A stretch of 59,390 nucleotides of DNA, taken from positions 1 to 59,390 of the forward strand of contig JARGFH010000022.1 of the NCBI GenBank assembly GCA_029210695.1, given 5' to 3'. A program made the position numbers and the translations under genes. This document shows, piece by piece, positions 18,966 through 28,289 of the stretch. Under the pieces are notes generated by a model. It worked only from the letters and a program-made list of their open reading frames with translations, made no database searches and was not told where the DNA came from. Origin of the DNA: Acidimicrobiia bacterium (GTDB lineage Bacteria; Actinomycetota; Acidimicrobiia; Spongiisociales; JAHEDJ01). Position 1 is the stretch's first letter. Every line of letters begins with the position of its first letter.

Positions 18966-20461
18966 GCCATCACCAAGACACGGCGGAGCGCCGTCGCCAG
19001 GCGCCGGCTTTGGACGGGTGGGGGTGGATCGTCGCATGGCTCCTCGCTGTCCTCGCCATCACGGCAGTGGTCTGGGCGCCCCCGGCCCACGCCCAGACCG
19101 GTGAACCTACCCCCGGCGTCGAGTTGGGTGAGGAGTTGTATCCGCCCACCGACTACCCGACCGACGACAGTCAGGGGATTGTCGGGATCGGCCGTTACGA
19201 CATCGGCTGCGACAACGACGGGTTCATCGGCGACATCGGGTGCGTGACGATCGGCACGGCCACCGACCTGGTCTTCTCGATCGCCAAGATGCTGGTCGCC
19301 CTCGCCATCTGGTTGCTTGAGGCCGCCACCGGGTTCGTCATCGAAGGAGCGCTAACCGACGCCGCCACCGCTGTCGCCGACCTGTTGGATGGTCGGGTGC
19401 TGGGGCCGATGCGACTGTCGCACCTGGGACTGGTCGTCTCCGCCCTCTACATGGGTTGGCAGTTCCTGCGGGGAAAGGTCGGTGCCGGGGCCGGGGAGTT
19501 CGCCCTCACCCTGATCGTGTTCGCCGTGCTCGTCCACGTCACTACCGGACCCGGCTTCGGGGGAGCGGTAACTGGCGCGATGCGAACTGCCGGTGGGATC
19601 TCGGCCGAGATTGTCTCGCTCGCCGCCGACACCGACCGAGATGCCAATGTGTCCGATGGGGTGAGCGGGGCGTTGATGGCCGGGTTCGTTCGTGACCCCT
19701 ACGACACCATCAACTGGGGAAAGCCACTCCAAACGAGTTCATGTGCGGACGCCCGCAACCAGGCGTTGGTTTCCGGACCTCACGGCTTCGACGACACCCC
19801 CCGACAGCTGATGCAAGCTGCTGGATGCGACGCTGAGGCCGGGTTCAACGCCGACGCCACGGTCGGGCGCCTCGTCGGAGCTTTGCTCTACCTGGTCGTC
19901 GCTGCAGCGGCCCTCGCCCTGTTCGTGGTCACCGCCTTCACCCTGGTGGTCGCTAAGGGCCTGGCCCTGTTCCTGATCGCCCTCCTCCCCGTCGCTCTCT
20001 ACGCCGGGCTGTTCCCCGGTGCGGGGCGCAGCCTCCTCTGGCATTGGGTGGCCGCCCTCGTGCGGGTGGTTGCTCTCGTGATCGTGATGGGTGTCTTCCT
20101 CGCCCTGCTAATCACCGGCCTCAATGGGCTCCTCGGCGTGGCGGGCGGCATGTGGACACGGTTCCTGCTGGTGATCTTCTTCATGGCCGTGATGACGATC
20201 GGCCGCCGTCAACTCCTCGACATCGCCTCCCGGTTCGCCGATTCCACGCTCGGTCGCCTCGAAGGCGGCCAGGTCGGAGGCTCCCACGGGGCGGCCTGGA
20301 TTCGCCCCTACCAGGCGGGAGGGCTCACCGGACTCGGCGTCACCCACACCGTCCGCGAGGCCACGACCGACCTTCCCGCCTTGCCCCGCAAGAAACCCCA
20401 AGCGGTGCCCGCCCTGACGGCGGCAGCCTGGCAGCAGGTTCCGCGGAGGACCTCGGCGTGA
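18962..20461 (+). CDS. VirB6-like polytopic membrane protein
   Basis: Multiple TM helices, P...INWG motif, position after VirB4. Confidence 0.72.
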   Translation: MSHHQDTAERRRQAPALDGWGWIVAWLLAVLAITAVVWAPPAHAQTGEPTPGVELGEELYPPTDYPTDDSQGIVGIGRYDIGCDNDGFIGDIGCVTIGTATDLVFSIAKMLVALAIWLLEAATGFVIEGALTDAATAVADLLDGRVLGPMRLSHLGLVVSALYMGWQFLRGKVGAGAGEFALTLIVFAVLVHVTTGPGFGGAVTGAMRTAGGISAEIVSLAADTDRDANVSDGVSGALMAGFVRDPYDTINWGKPLQTSSCADARNQALVSGPHGFDDTPRQLMQAAGCDAEAGFNADATVGRLVGALLYLVVAAAALALFVVTAFTLVVAKGLALFLIALLPVALYAGLFPGAGRSLLWHWVAALVRVVALVIVMGVFLALLITGLNGLLGVAGGMWTRFLLVIFFMAVMTIGRRQLLDIASRFADSTLGRLEGGQVGGSHGAAWIRPYQAGGLTGLGVTHTVREATTDLPALPRKKPQAVPALTAAAWQQVPRRTSA

Positions 20462-21648
20462 GCTGGCATCTCGTCGCCCGCGCCGCCGCCCATGTCGCCA
20501 AGAAGAAGCTCGCCGAGCAGAGAAGCGGTTCGGTGCTCTGGCGGGTCGTCGTCACCGTCGGGATGGTGACCGCACCACTCGGCCTCGTCCTCCTCATTGT
20601 GATGCTTGGGGTCGCGGCGGTGGTCGCCCACAGCCCTGCGGCCGCCGCTAGCGGAGCGCTCGGCATCCCGCCGGTGGTGTTCTCCGCCTACGTCGCCGCC
20701 GAAACAAACGCACCGAGCATCGCCGCCGGCTGTGTGGTGGATTGGCCGATCATCGCCGGCATCTGGGTGGTCGAATCCGGCCACGCCACCACTGGTGGAC
20801 GTAGCGTCGGCTCCGACGGGCAAGTGACCCCGCCCCTCTATGGGATCACCCTTGACGGCTCACAGCCCGGCACCGCCATCGTCCCCGACTCCGACGGTGG
20901 CCTCCTCGACGGCGACCCGATTTGGGACCGGGCGGTCGGGCCTGCACAATTCCTCCCCGGATCGTGGCGTGCCTTCGGACAGGACGCCAACAAGGACGGC
21001 ACGGCCGACCCGCAGAACGTGTTCGACGCCGCCCTCGGCTCCGTCGCCCACCTCTGTCTCACCGCGCCCGGCGACTACACCAACCCCACCGACCTCGAAG
21101 CGGCGATACACGGCTACAACAACTCGGCCGAGTACGTCGCCACCGTCTCCGGGTGGATCGACTATTACCGGTCGTTCCAGTTCGCCCAAGGTGCCATCAC
21201 CGCCGACGGGCTATACGCCTTCCCCCTCCCAGTCGAATCGGTCACGGTCGACCAGATACGCAGGAGTCACCACGACTACCCCGCCTCCGACCTCGGCGTA
21301 CCCGAAGGCACCCCCGTCTACGCCGCCCACCCCGGCACCGTCAGCAACGTCTACGAGCCATGCCACACCTGCAAGTGCGGGCGGGGTGTCACCATCACCG
21401 GTCTCGACAACCACCGCTACACCTACTGCCACGGCACCCAAGTCAACGTCGAGCCCGGAGCCGAGGTGACAGCCGGACAGCTGATCATGACGTCGGGCAA
21501 CACCGGCAACTCCGAAGCCCCACACCTCCACTTCCAGATCCGCAACCCCGACGGTGCCCTGCTCTGCCCTCAACAGCCGCTCGAGGCCTGGTGGAACGGG
21601 ATCGGGCTCAACCCCGCCACCGCACCCACCAGCGGCTGCACGCACTGA
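20458..21648 (+). CDS. Lytic transglycosylase plus M23 peptidase (conjugative cell-wall hydrolase)
   Basis: VES.H, RAVGPAQFLPGSW, YNNS..YV; M23 H...D, Y.H, SGNTGNS..PHLHF. Confidence 0.88.
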   Translation: MSWHLVARAAAHVAKKKLAEQRSGSVLWRVVVTVGMVTAPLGLVLLIVMLGVAAVVAHSPAAAASGALGIPPVVFSAYVAAETNAPSIAAGCVVDWPIIAGIWVVESGHATTGGRSVGSDGQVTPPLYGITLDGSQPGTAIVPDSDGGLLDGDPIWDRAVGPAQFLPGSWRAFGQDANKDGTADPQNVFDAALGSVAHLCLTAPGDYTNPTDLEAAIHGYNNSAEYVATVSGWIDYYRSFQFAQGAITADGLYAFPLPVESVTVDQIRRSHHDYPASDLGVPEGTPVYAAHPGTVSNVYEPCHTCKCGRGVTITGLDNHRYTYCHGTQVNVEPGAEVTAGQLIMTSGNTGNSEAPHLHFQIRNPDGALLCPQQPLEAWWNGIGLNPATAPTSGCTH

Positions 21649-21661
21649 AAGGAACAACCAC

Positions 21662-21979
21662 ATGCCACCCGTCCAACCTCAGCCGGTCGACCCGACCGAA
21701 ATTCTTAACAAGCGGCGGATTGGAGCAGCCTTCGCCGCCCTGACCAACTCCGACGATTGCCACTCCGATGTTTCCCTCCAACTCGACGAAGAAGAGCGAA
21801 GGAGCATCGCCCACGTCCTCAACGACAACTCACATCCCCTCGGTGGGTTCGCCCAGACAGTCCTCGACCAATGGGACCAACTCGATGCCGACGATCGAGT
21901 AGCGGGACTCCTCCTCTTCGCCGAGATCGTCAACCGGCCACACCGGCAACGAACCGTCGCGCAGGGGATGGAAAGGTGA
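21662..21979 (+). CDS. Hypothetical protein
   Basis: RBS GAAAGGA; GTGA overlap with the next gene; ends QGMER. Confidence 0.65.
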   Translation: MPPVQPQPVDPTEILNKRRIGAAFAALTNSDDCHSDVSLQLDEEERRSIAHVLNDNSHPLGGFAQTVLDQWDQLDADDRVAGLLLFAEIVNRPHRQRTVAQGMER

Positions 21980-22434
21980 CCGACGCATGTGTGAGCTGCG
22001 ACTCCGAAACTAGCCTCACCACGCAGGGGTTGTGTGAGTCGTGCCGTGACGACCTGCGGTTCGTCGTCCGGCCCGCCGCACACCGCGAGGCCTACCGGCG
22101 CAGAGTCGCCGCCGAAGCCGGTCTCCGGGCCGAGATGGAACGACTCGGGGTGGTCATCATCACCAGCGTCCCCGACGACAACAGCCTGTGGATCTGCGAC
22201 CTGTGCAACAGCCGGATCCCCGTCGACGGTGACTACACCCTCATCCCACTGCTCGGCAGCCACGCCCTCTGCACTCCGTGTGCCACCACCATCCCCTACT
22301 GGCCCGACGGATGGACCCAACCCACCCCGCGAGCCTGCCGGTGTGGTGCCTGCCAAGCCCCACTCCTGCGCACCCTCATCACCGAACCCAACCATCGACA
22401 CCGGACGGCACGGCAACGGGGCATCGAACGATGA
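21976..22434 (+). CDS. Cys-rich (multiple CxxC) hypothetical protein
   Basis: CVSC, CESC, CDLC, CTPC, CRCGAC; ends RGIER. Confidence 0.65.
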   Translation: MTDACVSCDSETSLTTQGLCESCRDDLRFVVRPAAHREAYRRRVAAEAGLRAEMERLGVVIITSVPDDNSLWICDLCNSRIPVDGDYTLIPLLGSHALCTPCATTIPYWPDGWTQPTPRACRCGACQAPLLRTLITEPNHRHRTARQRGIER

Positions 22435-24101
22435 CCCACCCGGCAGCGAACAGTCCTGACGGTGAGAAGGTCCTCACCATCGTCACCGGCGCCCTGGTGG
22501 CCGCCTGCCTGATGGTGTGGGCCGCCGGCCAGGTCGCCGCCCGCCTCTGGACCGGCACCTGGCCGCAAGTTCCCCTCTCCGAGAGCCCACTGATCCTCTG
22601 GAAACTCGTCGCCAGTCCGGCCATTCCTAGCGAAGCTTGGCCACCTGCGGCTGCACACGTTCTCCCGGGGCCCCTCCCCTACTACGGCACGCTCATCTTC
22701 CTCGTGGCGGTTCTGATTGCCGTCGGTGCGATCGGCTACCGCTGGCACGACCGGCATCGGAACTCGTCAGATGGCGAGTCAGCCCGATGGGCCAAACCCC
22801 GAGACCTCAAACCCCTCCTCGTCCGCCGCCCCCACCCGGGACGTCTCACACTCGGCACCGTCCAGCGAAGACTCATCGCCACCGAAGCCCAACACTCCGT
22901 CGCCGTCATCGGCCCGGCCGGCACCGGAAAGACCACCGGATTCGCCATCCCCGCCCTCCTCGAATGGGACGGACCCGTCATCGCCACCTCCGTCAAAGGC
23001 GACCTCCTCGAACACACCATCAACCACCGCCGCACGATCGGCGACACCTACGTCTTCGACCCCGTCGGCTCCACCGCCGAACCCTCCGCCGGATGGTCAC
23101 CACTGCACAGCGCATCAGACTGGCAGGGGGCTCTCCGTATGGCCGCCTGGCTCGCCTCCACCGCCCGAGCAGGAGAACGAGGCGGACTCCAAGACTCCGA
23201 CTTCTGGTACGCCGTCGCCCAAAAACTCCTTGCCCCGCTCCTGTTTGCCGCCGCCCAATCCGGAGCGGCCATGACCGACGTCATGCGTTGGGTCGACCTT
23301 CAAGACGAAGAAGAACCCCTCCGCGCCCTCCAACAAGCCCAGGAGCTCGATGCTATCCAAGCGTTCGCCGCTTCCATCGGTCGAGAAGACCGCACCCGCT
23401 CCTCGGCGTACACAACCGCCGAAACCGTTCTCGCCGCCTTCGCCGACCCCGGCGTGCTCGCGACCACCACCCGCCAGCCAGCCATCGACCCCGACCGGCT
23501 CCTCGACGGCGGCAACCACACCCTCTACATCTGCGGACCCCTCCACGAGCAAGCCCGACTCCGCCCCCTCTTCACCGCACTCATCGAACAGACCGTCGCC
23601 CGCATCTACGACCGGGCCAACCGACCAGCCGACCGGCCCACCAAGCCACTCCTTCTTGTGATCGACGAAGCCGCCAACATCGCCCCCCTCCCCGACCTCG
23701 CCCAAATCGCCTCCACCGCCCGCGGCGTTGGCATCCAACTAGTCACGGTCTGGCAGGACTTCGCCCAGATCCAGGCCCGCTACGGCACCTTCGCCCAGAC
23801 CGTCATCAACAACCACCGCGCCAAAGTCGTCCTCGCCGGCGTATCCGACACGCCCACCCTCGACTACTTCAGCCGCCTCATCGGCGACGAGGCCGCAGTC
23901 GAAGAGACCCGAAGCCGCAGCCCCGACGGACGAGAAAGCATCACCAAGTCGGTCCGCCACCGACCCCTCGCCCCCGCGTCCGAACTCCGACGTGCAGACA
24001 CCGGAACCGGAGTCCTCGTCTACGGCAACTTCCACCCCGTGCGAGTCAGGCTCAGGCCGTGGTACGAGGATCGAGCGCTGCGGTCACAAGCATTCTCATA
24101 G
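22431..24101 (+). CDS. virD4: Type IV coupling protein, VirD4/TraG family
   Basis: N-terminal TMs, GPAGTGKT, TSVKGD, FW, IDEAANI, WQDFAQI..RYG. Confidence 0.9.
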   Translation: MTHPAANSPDGEKVLTIVTGALVAACLMVWAAGQVAARLWTGTWPQVPLSESPLILWKLVASPAIPSEAWPPAAAHVLPGPLPYYGTLIFLVAVLIAVGAIGYRWHDRHRNSSDGESARWAKPRDLKPLLVRRPHPGRLTLGTVQRRLIATEAQHSVAVIGPAGTGKTTGFAIPALLEWDGPVIATSVKGDLLEHTINHRRTIGDTYVFDPVGSTAEPSAGWSPLHSASDWQGALRMAAWLASTARAGERGGLQDSDFWYAVAQKLLAPLLFAAAQSGAAMTDVMRWVDLQDEEEPLRALQQAQELDAIQAFAASIGREDRTRSSAYTTAETVLAAFADPGVLATTTRQPAIDPDRLLDGGNHTLYICGPLHEQARLRPLFTALIEQTVARIYDRANRPADRPTKPLLLVIDEAANIAPLPDLAQIASTARGVGIQLVTVWQDFAQIQARYGTFAQTVINNHRAKVVLAGVSDTPTLDYFSRLIGDEAAVEETRSRSPDGRESITKSVRHRPLAPASELRRADTGTGVLVYGNFHPVRVRLRPWYEDRALRSQAFS

Positions 24102-24272
24102 CGGGATGCACGGTCCGATGAACGACGGCTCGAGGCGTGCCACCGCGGCCCGCGAAATGGCATCGAGTAGTACCCCGTCCGGTACAAGTTCGGTAGAAGC
24201 CGGCCAGGAATCGTGGCCCAGCGACACTAAGGTTCGTTGCGATGGCACGTCACAGGCTCAAGCGTCGATCGT

Positions 24273-27200
24273 ATGCGTAATACTGGCAGTTTCCTGATCG
24301 ATCAGCCGGGGCCTATCCCCTGGCAGCTCCCCGAAGTAGGCCGCGGATCATTCCAAGCGTGCGACCTGTTCCTTGGCAAAGGCGCCCACCCGCTCGAAGT
24401 CGCCGTGGCCACCGCGCCCACCCGCCCCAATGTGAGCGATGTCCGTCAACTCTGGAAACGTCGCAAGGACAACCGCGCCGCTCCCCTGCTGCTGATCGTC
24501 CTCTATCAAGGGGCGCACGGGCTGCGAGCCGCGATGTGTGGGCCGACCGGTGACAACCCACCGGTCCAGGACGACCGGGATCCAGGCCAGGCAGAACGGA
24601 TCGCGACGTCGGCCCTAGCCGAGCCAAACCGTAACGCTGCGATCCGGTTCCTGCACGAAGTCCTTCCCGAATCGGACTCGGATCTGGCGGGTATCCGCAA
24701 CGCTGGGATGTTCGCCACCCACCAACTGAAGGATGGGGTACCGACCCGCCCCGACTGGGCAGCGATGACCAAGACCGGTCAGACGGCTTTGAATAAACGA
24801 GGTCAGGACCTGATCCGGTCGCTCGGGTTCATCATCGACCAATTGGGCGCTGCTACGTCGGTGTTGCGGTTAGAGGACAACGGCGCCAAGACCGCCGTGG
24901 CGATCTTCCTCGACGAGAACGAAACGCCCGAAGGTGCCGCCCCGCGGTTCGGTGGAACCAGCCCGATCTCTCACGCCCTCGCCCAGGCCGATGCAGAGTC
25001 GCTCCCCTATGTGGTGTTGACCAGGGGCAGCCAGATCCGGGTGTATGCCGCCCGCAAGCACACCGGGGTAGGTCGCAAAGGCCGGGCGGAGACGTTCATC
25101 GAAGCCAACCTGGCGCTCTTACCCGATGACCTGGCCGGCTACCTGCCGTTGCTGTTCGGCGCCGATGCTCTCCGCCCCGAGGGGAGTTTCGAGCAGATCC
25201 TCGAGGAGTCCCAACGGTTTGCCTCAGGGCTTGGGGAGCGGCTTCGGGACCGCGTCTACAACCAGGTGGTGCCGCATTTGGCCCGCGTGGTAGCTGCCCA
25301 CCACAAGGCCAATGGCTCGACTGTCACCGAGCAGGATCTCGCCGACCTGTACGAACTGGCAATGGTGATCCTGTTCCGGCTGCTGTTCGTTGCCTACGCA
25401 GAGGACAAGGACCTGCTCCCTTACCGGTCGAATGGGCTGTACCAGCGCAACGCCCTCAAGACCCTGGCTGCCGGTCTGGCGGACCGGGTCAACCAGGATC
25501 ACACCGACTTCGACCCCGCCGCCACCGACATGGGGGACCAGATCCGCAGCCTCTCCAAAGCGGTCGATCAGGGCAATCGGGACTGGGCGGTCCCCGCCTA
25601 CAACGGGGGGATGTTCTCCTCCGACCCAGATATCAGCCAGGTTGGTGCTCGTCTCGCCGAGTTGAGCCTCACGAACGCCGAGATCGGCCCGGCTTTGCTC
25701 GCCCTTTTAGTGGACCGTACGGACGAGGACGTGCACGGACCGGTCGACTTCCGGTCGCTTTCGGTCCGGGAGTTCGGAACCATCTATGAAGGTCTGCTGG
25801 AGTCCAACCTCTCCGTAGCGCCGTCCAACCTGACGGTGGCGAGTGATGGCGCGTATGTACCTGCCGGGGACCGTGACGAAGTGGTGGTTGTTGAGGGAGA
25901 AATCTACCTGCACAACCGATCTGGCGCCCGCAAGGCCACCGGAAGCTACTTCACCAAACCCTTCGCCGTTGAGCATCTCCTCGAGCACGCCCTAGAGCCT
26001 GCCCTCGACGATCATCTCAAGCGACTGCGTGAACTCACTGACGCCGGTGAGGAGCATAAGGCCGCCGACGCCTTCTTCGATTTCCGCTGCGCCGACATCG
26101 CTATGGGTTCCGGGCACTTCCTGGTTGCAGCCGTCGACCACATCGAAGCACGTCTCTCCTCGTTCCTCGCCGAACATCCGATCCCGGGAGTGGTCAATGA
26201 ACTCGAGCGCATCCGGGCCGCCGCCTTCGAGAACCTTGGTCCTGACCTGGCCGACGCCTACGAGATTGAACAGGCCAGCCTGCTTAGACGTCAGGTGGCC
26301 CGACGGTGCATCTACGGGGTGGACCTCAATCTGATCGCCGTCGAGTTGGCTCGGTTGGGAATGTGGATCCACACGTTCGTGCCAGGGCTGCCACTTAGTT
26401 TCTTGGATCACAACCTCGTGCAGGGGAACAGCCTCACCGGGATCGGCACGATCGACGAGGCGCTCGACATCCTCGTCCCGGAAACGGGCAGGACCGGAAC
26501 ACCCTCCCTGTTACGCAGCCAGATCGAAGGGTGGCTAGAGCGTGCAGAGGACGCCCTAAGTCGGCTGGGGCGAATCAGCGATGCCACTGCCCGCGAGATA
26601 CGGGATGCCCGAGCAGCGCATGACCAGGCAACGGAGGCTGTGGAACCTGCACGAAAGCTATTCGATTTGCTCATCGCCGTCCGAATCGGTGCCATTCCGA
26701 GATTCGAGGATGTGTCAGATGAAACGCTGGCACATCCGCAGCTGAAGGAGGCCGTGGGCCTAGCCAGCCAACTCGGAGCGCTACATTTCCCGATAGCGTT
26801 TCCGGAGGTATTTTCGCGGGGACGCCCTGGCTTCGACTGCATTGTTGGGAATCCGCCTTGGGAGGAAGTCAAGACGGAGGAACTGGCGTTCTGGAACCTC
26901 CACTTCCCGGGCCTGAAGGGTATGGCGAAGACCCTCCAGAAGAGCCAGATCAGGTTGAACAGGGCACAGCGACCGGATCTGGTAGCCGAATACGAGACTC
27001 AGCTCGCCGAGTCCGACGCTGTGCGCCACGCCCTCCTCGCCGGACCGTATGACGGTATGTCGGAAGGTGATCCGGACCTCTACAAGGCTTTTGCCTGGAG
27101 ATTCTGGCAACTGTCGCACGAGGATGGCTTCGTTGGGGTCGTTCTTCCGAAGAGCATTCTCGCGACGAAGGGCTCAGCACCTTGGCGCAGGACGGTGCTC

Positions 27201-28289
27201 CCGCGGTCCCACACGACAATCGACCTCTGCAGGAATCAGAATGAATGGCTCTTCACTGATGTGAATCCGGGCTATCCGATTGCGTTGGTGGAATTCGTCA
27301 AGGGGTTCGCTGATGGCGACCTGACGATAAGAGGCACTCACGCATCAGTCGATGAATTGCTCGAGGCGAGACGGCTTCCCGGTGGGGTCCTCCGGGTCGA
27401 TCGTCTGGCGCTTATCGACCCCTTGATATGTGTTCCGGCCGTGGAGTCAAGAGCCGAGGTGGAGCTACTCGGCGCCTTGCTCGAACACCCGGCGTTCGGT
27501 CAGCCCGACAGACCCGACTTCCGAGCGCGACCACACACGGAGTTGCACGTAACCAACGATGAGCGTTGGTTCTCCGATGCTGGGGATGAGATCTACAACC
27601 ACCTAAACATCGAGAGACATAGGTTCGCGCGGGAGACTGGCGCTTTTGCCCACGGCGATTTCAACGCTATCGCCGAGGATCTCCAGCGGCAACGGATGCG
27701 ATTAGCCCGACACCAAAGATCACCTTTCTCGGAAATGGCGCCGGAGTGGGCGGCCAATCCCAAGTCGCTGCCAGCACGGAATCCGAGGATTGCATATCGG
27801 GCGATCATCCACGCTTCCAACCCAAGGAAGATGTGGGCGGCGCTCGTGCCTCCGCGGCACCTCCTCACCAACGCAGCCCCTTACCTCCTTTTCCCCCGTG
27901 GTGGGGTGACTGAGCAGGCGTATGTCCTGGGAATGCTCAATTCGTCCGTCTGTGACTGGTTCGGGCACCTCCGCATCGTGCTCAACCTCAACTATTTCAT
28001 CCTCAATTCGGTTCCTGTACCGCTTCTGAGGAGAAGCGAGCGTGTTGATAGGTTCATCGGCATTGCTGCGGGTCTCGCCATCACCGAAGCTCACGACTGG
28101 GGTGAATGGACAAGCATTGCGCATGATCCAGGCACCGACGTCACCAGCGCCTACGCAGAACTCGATGCAATTGCCTTCCTCGAATACGGACTCGAAGAGG
28201 GACACAAGGCTCTGGTCTGGACGGAAGAGGGTGACGTTGCTCACCCCCCTAGGGATCTCGTCGAGTCGTTTATCAAGAGATGGCGATGA
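24273..28289 (+). CDS. Large N6-adenine DNA methyltransferase (Eco57I/type IIG-like)
   Basis: G.IYEGLL, RKATGSYFT, DIAMGSGHFL, YGVDLN, GNPPW; the start is uncertain (24237 or 24273). Confidence 0.88.
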   Translation: MRNTGSFLIDQPGPIPWQLPEVGRGSFQACDLFLGKGAHPLEVAVATAPTRPNVSDVRQLWKRRKDNRAAPLLLIVLYQGAHGLRAAMCGPTGDNPPVQDDRDPGQAERIATSALAEPNRNAAIRFLHEVLPESDSDLAGIRNAGMFATHQLKDGVPTRPDWAAMTKTGQTALNKRGQDLIRSLGFIIDQLGAATSVLRLEDNGAKTAVAIFLDENETPEGAAPRFGGTSPISHALAQADAESLPYVVLTRGSQIRVYAARKHTGVGRKGRAETFIEANLALLPDDLAGYLPLLFGADALRPEGSFEQILEESQRFASGLGERLRDRVYNQVVPHLARVVAAHHKANGSTVTEQDLADLYELAMVILFRLLFVAYAEDKDLLPYRSNGLYQRNALKTLAAGLADRVNQDHTDFDPAATDMGDQIRSLSKAVDQGNRDWAVPAYNGGMFSSDPDISQVGARLAELSLTNAEIGPALLALLVDRTDEDVHGPVDFRSLSVREFGTIYEGLLESNLSVAPSNLTVASDGAYVPAGDRDEVVVVEGEIYLHNRSGARKATGSYFTKPFAVEHLLEHALEPALDDHLKRLRELTDAGEEHKAADAFFDFRCADIAMGSGHFLVAAVDHIEARLSSFLAEHPIPGVVNELERIRAAAFENLGPDLADAYEIEQASLLRRQVARRCIYGVDLNLIAVELARLGMWIHTFVPGLPLSFLDHNLVQGNSLTGIGTIDEALDILVPETGRTGTPSLLRSQIEGWLERAEDALSRLGRISDATAREIRDARAAHDQATEAVEPARKLFDLLIAVRIGAIPRFEDVSDETLAHPQLKEAVGLASQLGALHFPIAFPEVFSRGRPGFDCIVGNPPWEEVKTEELAFWNLHFPGLKGMAKTLQKSQIRLNRAQRPDLVAEYETQLAESDAVRHALLAGPYDGMSEGDPDLYKAFAWRFWQLSHEDGFVGVVLPKSILATKGSAPWRRTVLPRSHTTIDLCRNQNEWLFTDVNPGYPIALVEFVKGFADGDLTIRGTHASVDELLEARRLPGGVLRVDRLALIDPLICVPAVESRAEVELLGALLEHPAFGQPDRPDFRARPHTELHVTNDERWFSDAGDEIYNHLNIERHRFARETGAFAHGDFNAIAEDLQRQRMRLARHQRSPFSEMAPEWAANPKSLPARNPRIAYRAIIHASNPRKMWAALVPPRHLLTNAAPYLLFPRGGVTEQAYVLGMLNSSVCDWFGHLRIVLNLNYFILNSVPVPLLRRSERVDRFIGIAAGLAITEAHDWGEWTSIAHDPGTDVTSAYAELDAIAFLEYGLEEGHKALVWTEEGDVAHPPRDLVESFIKRWR

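Noticed and set aside
16956..19037. 693-aa minus-strand ORF
   Set aside because: Antisense shadow of virB4.
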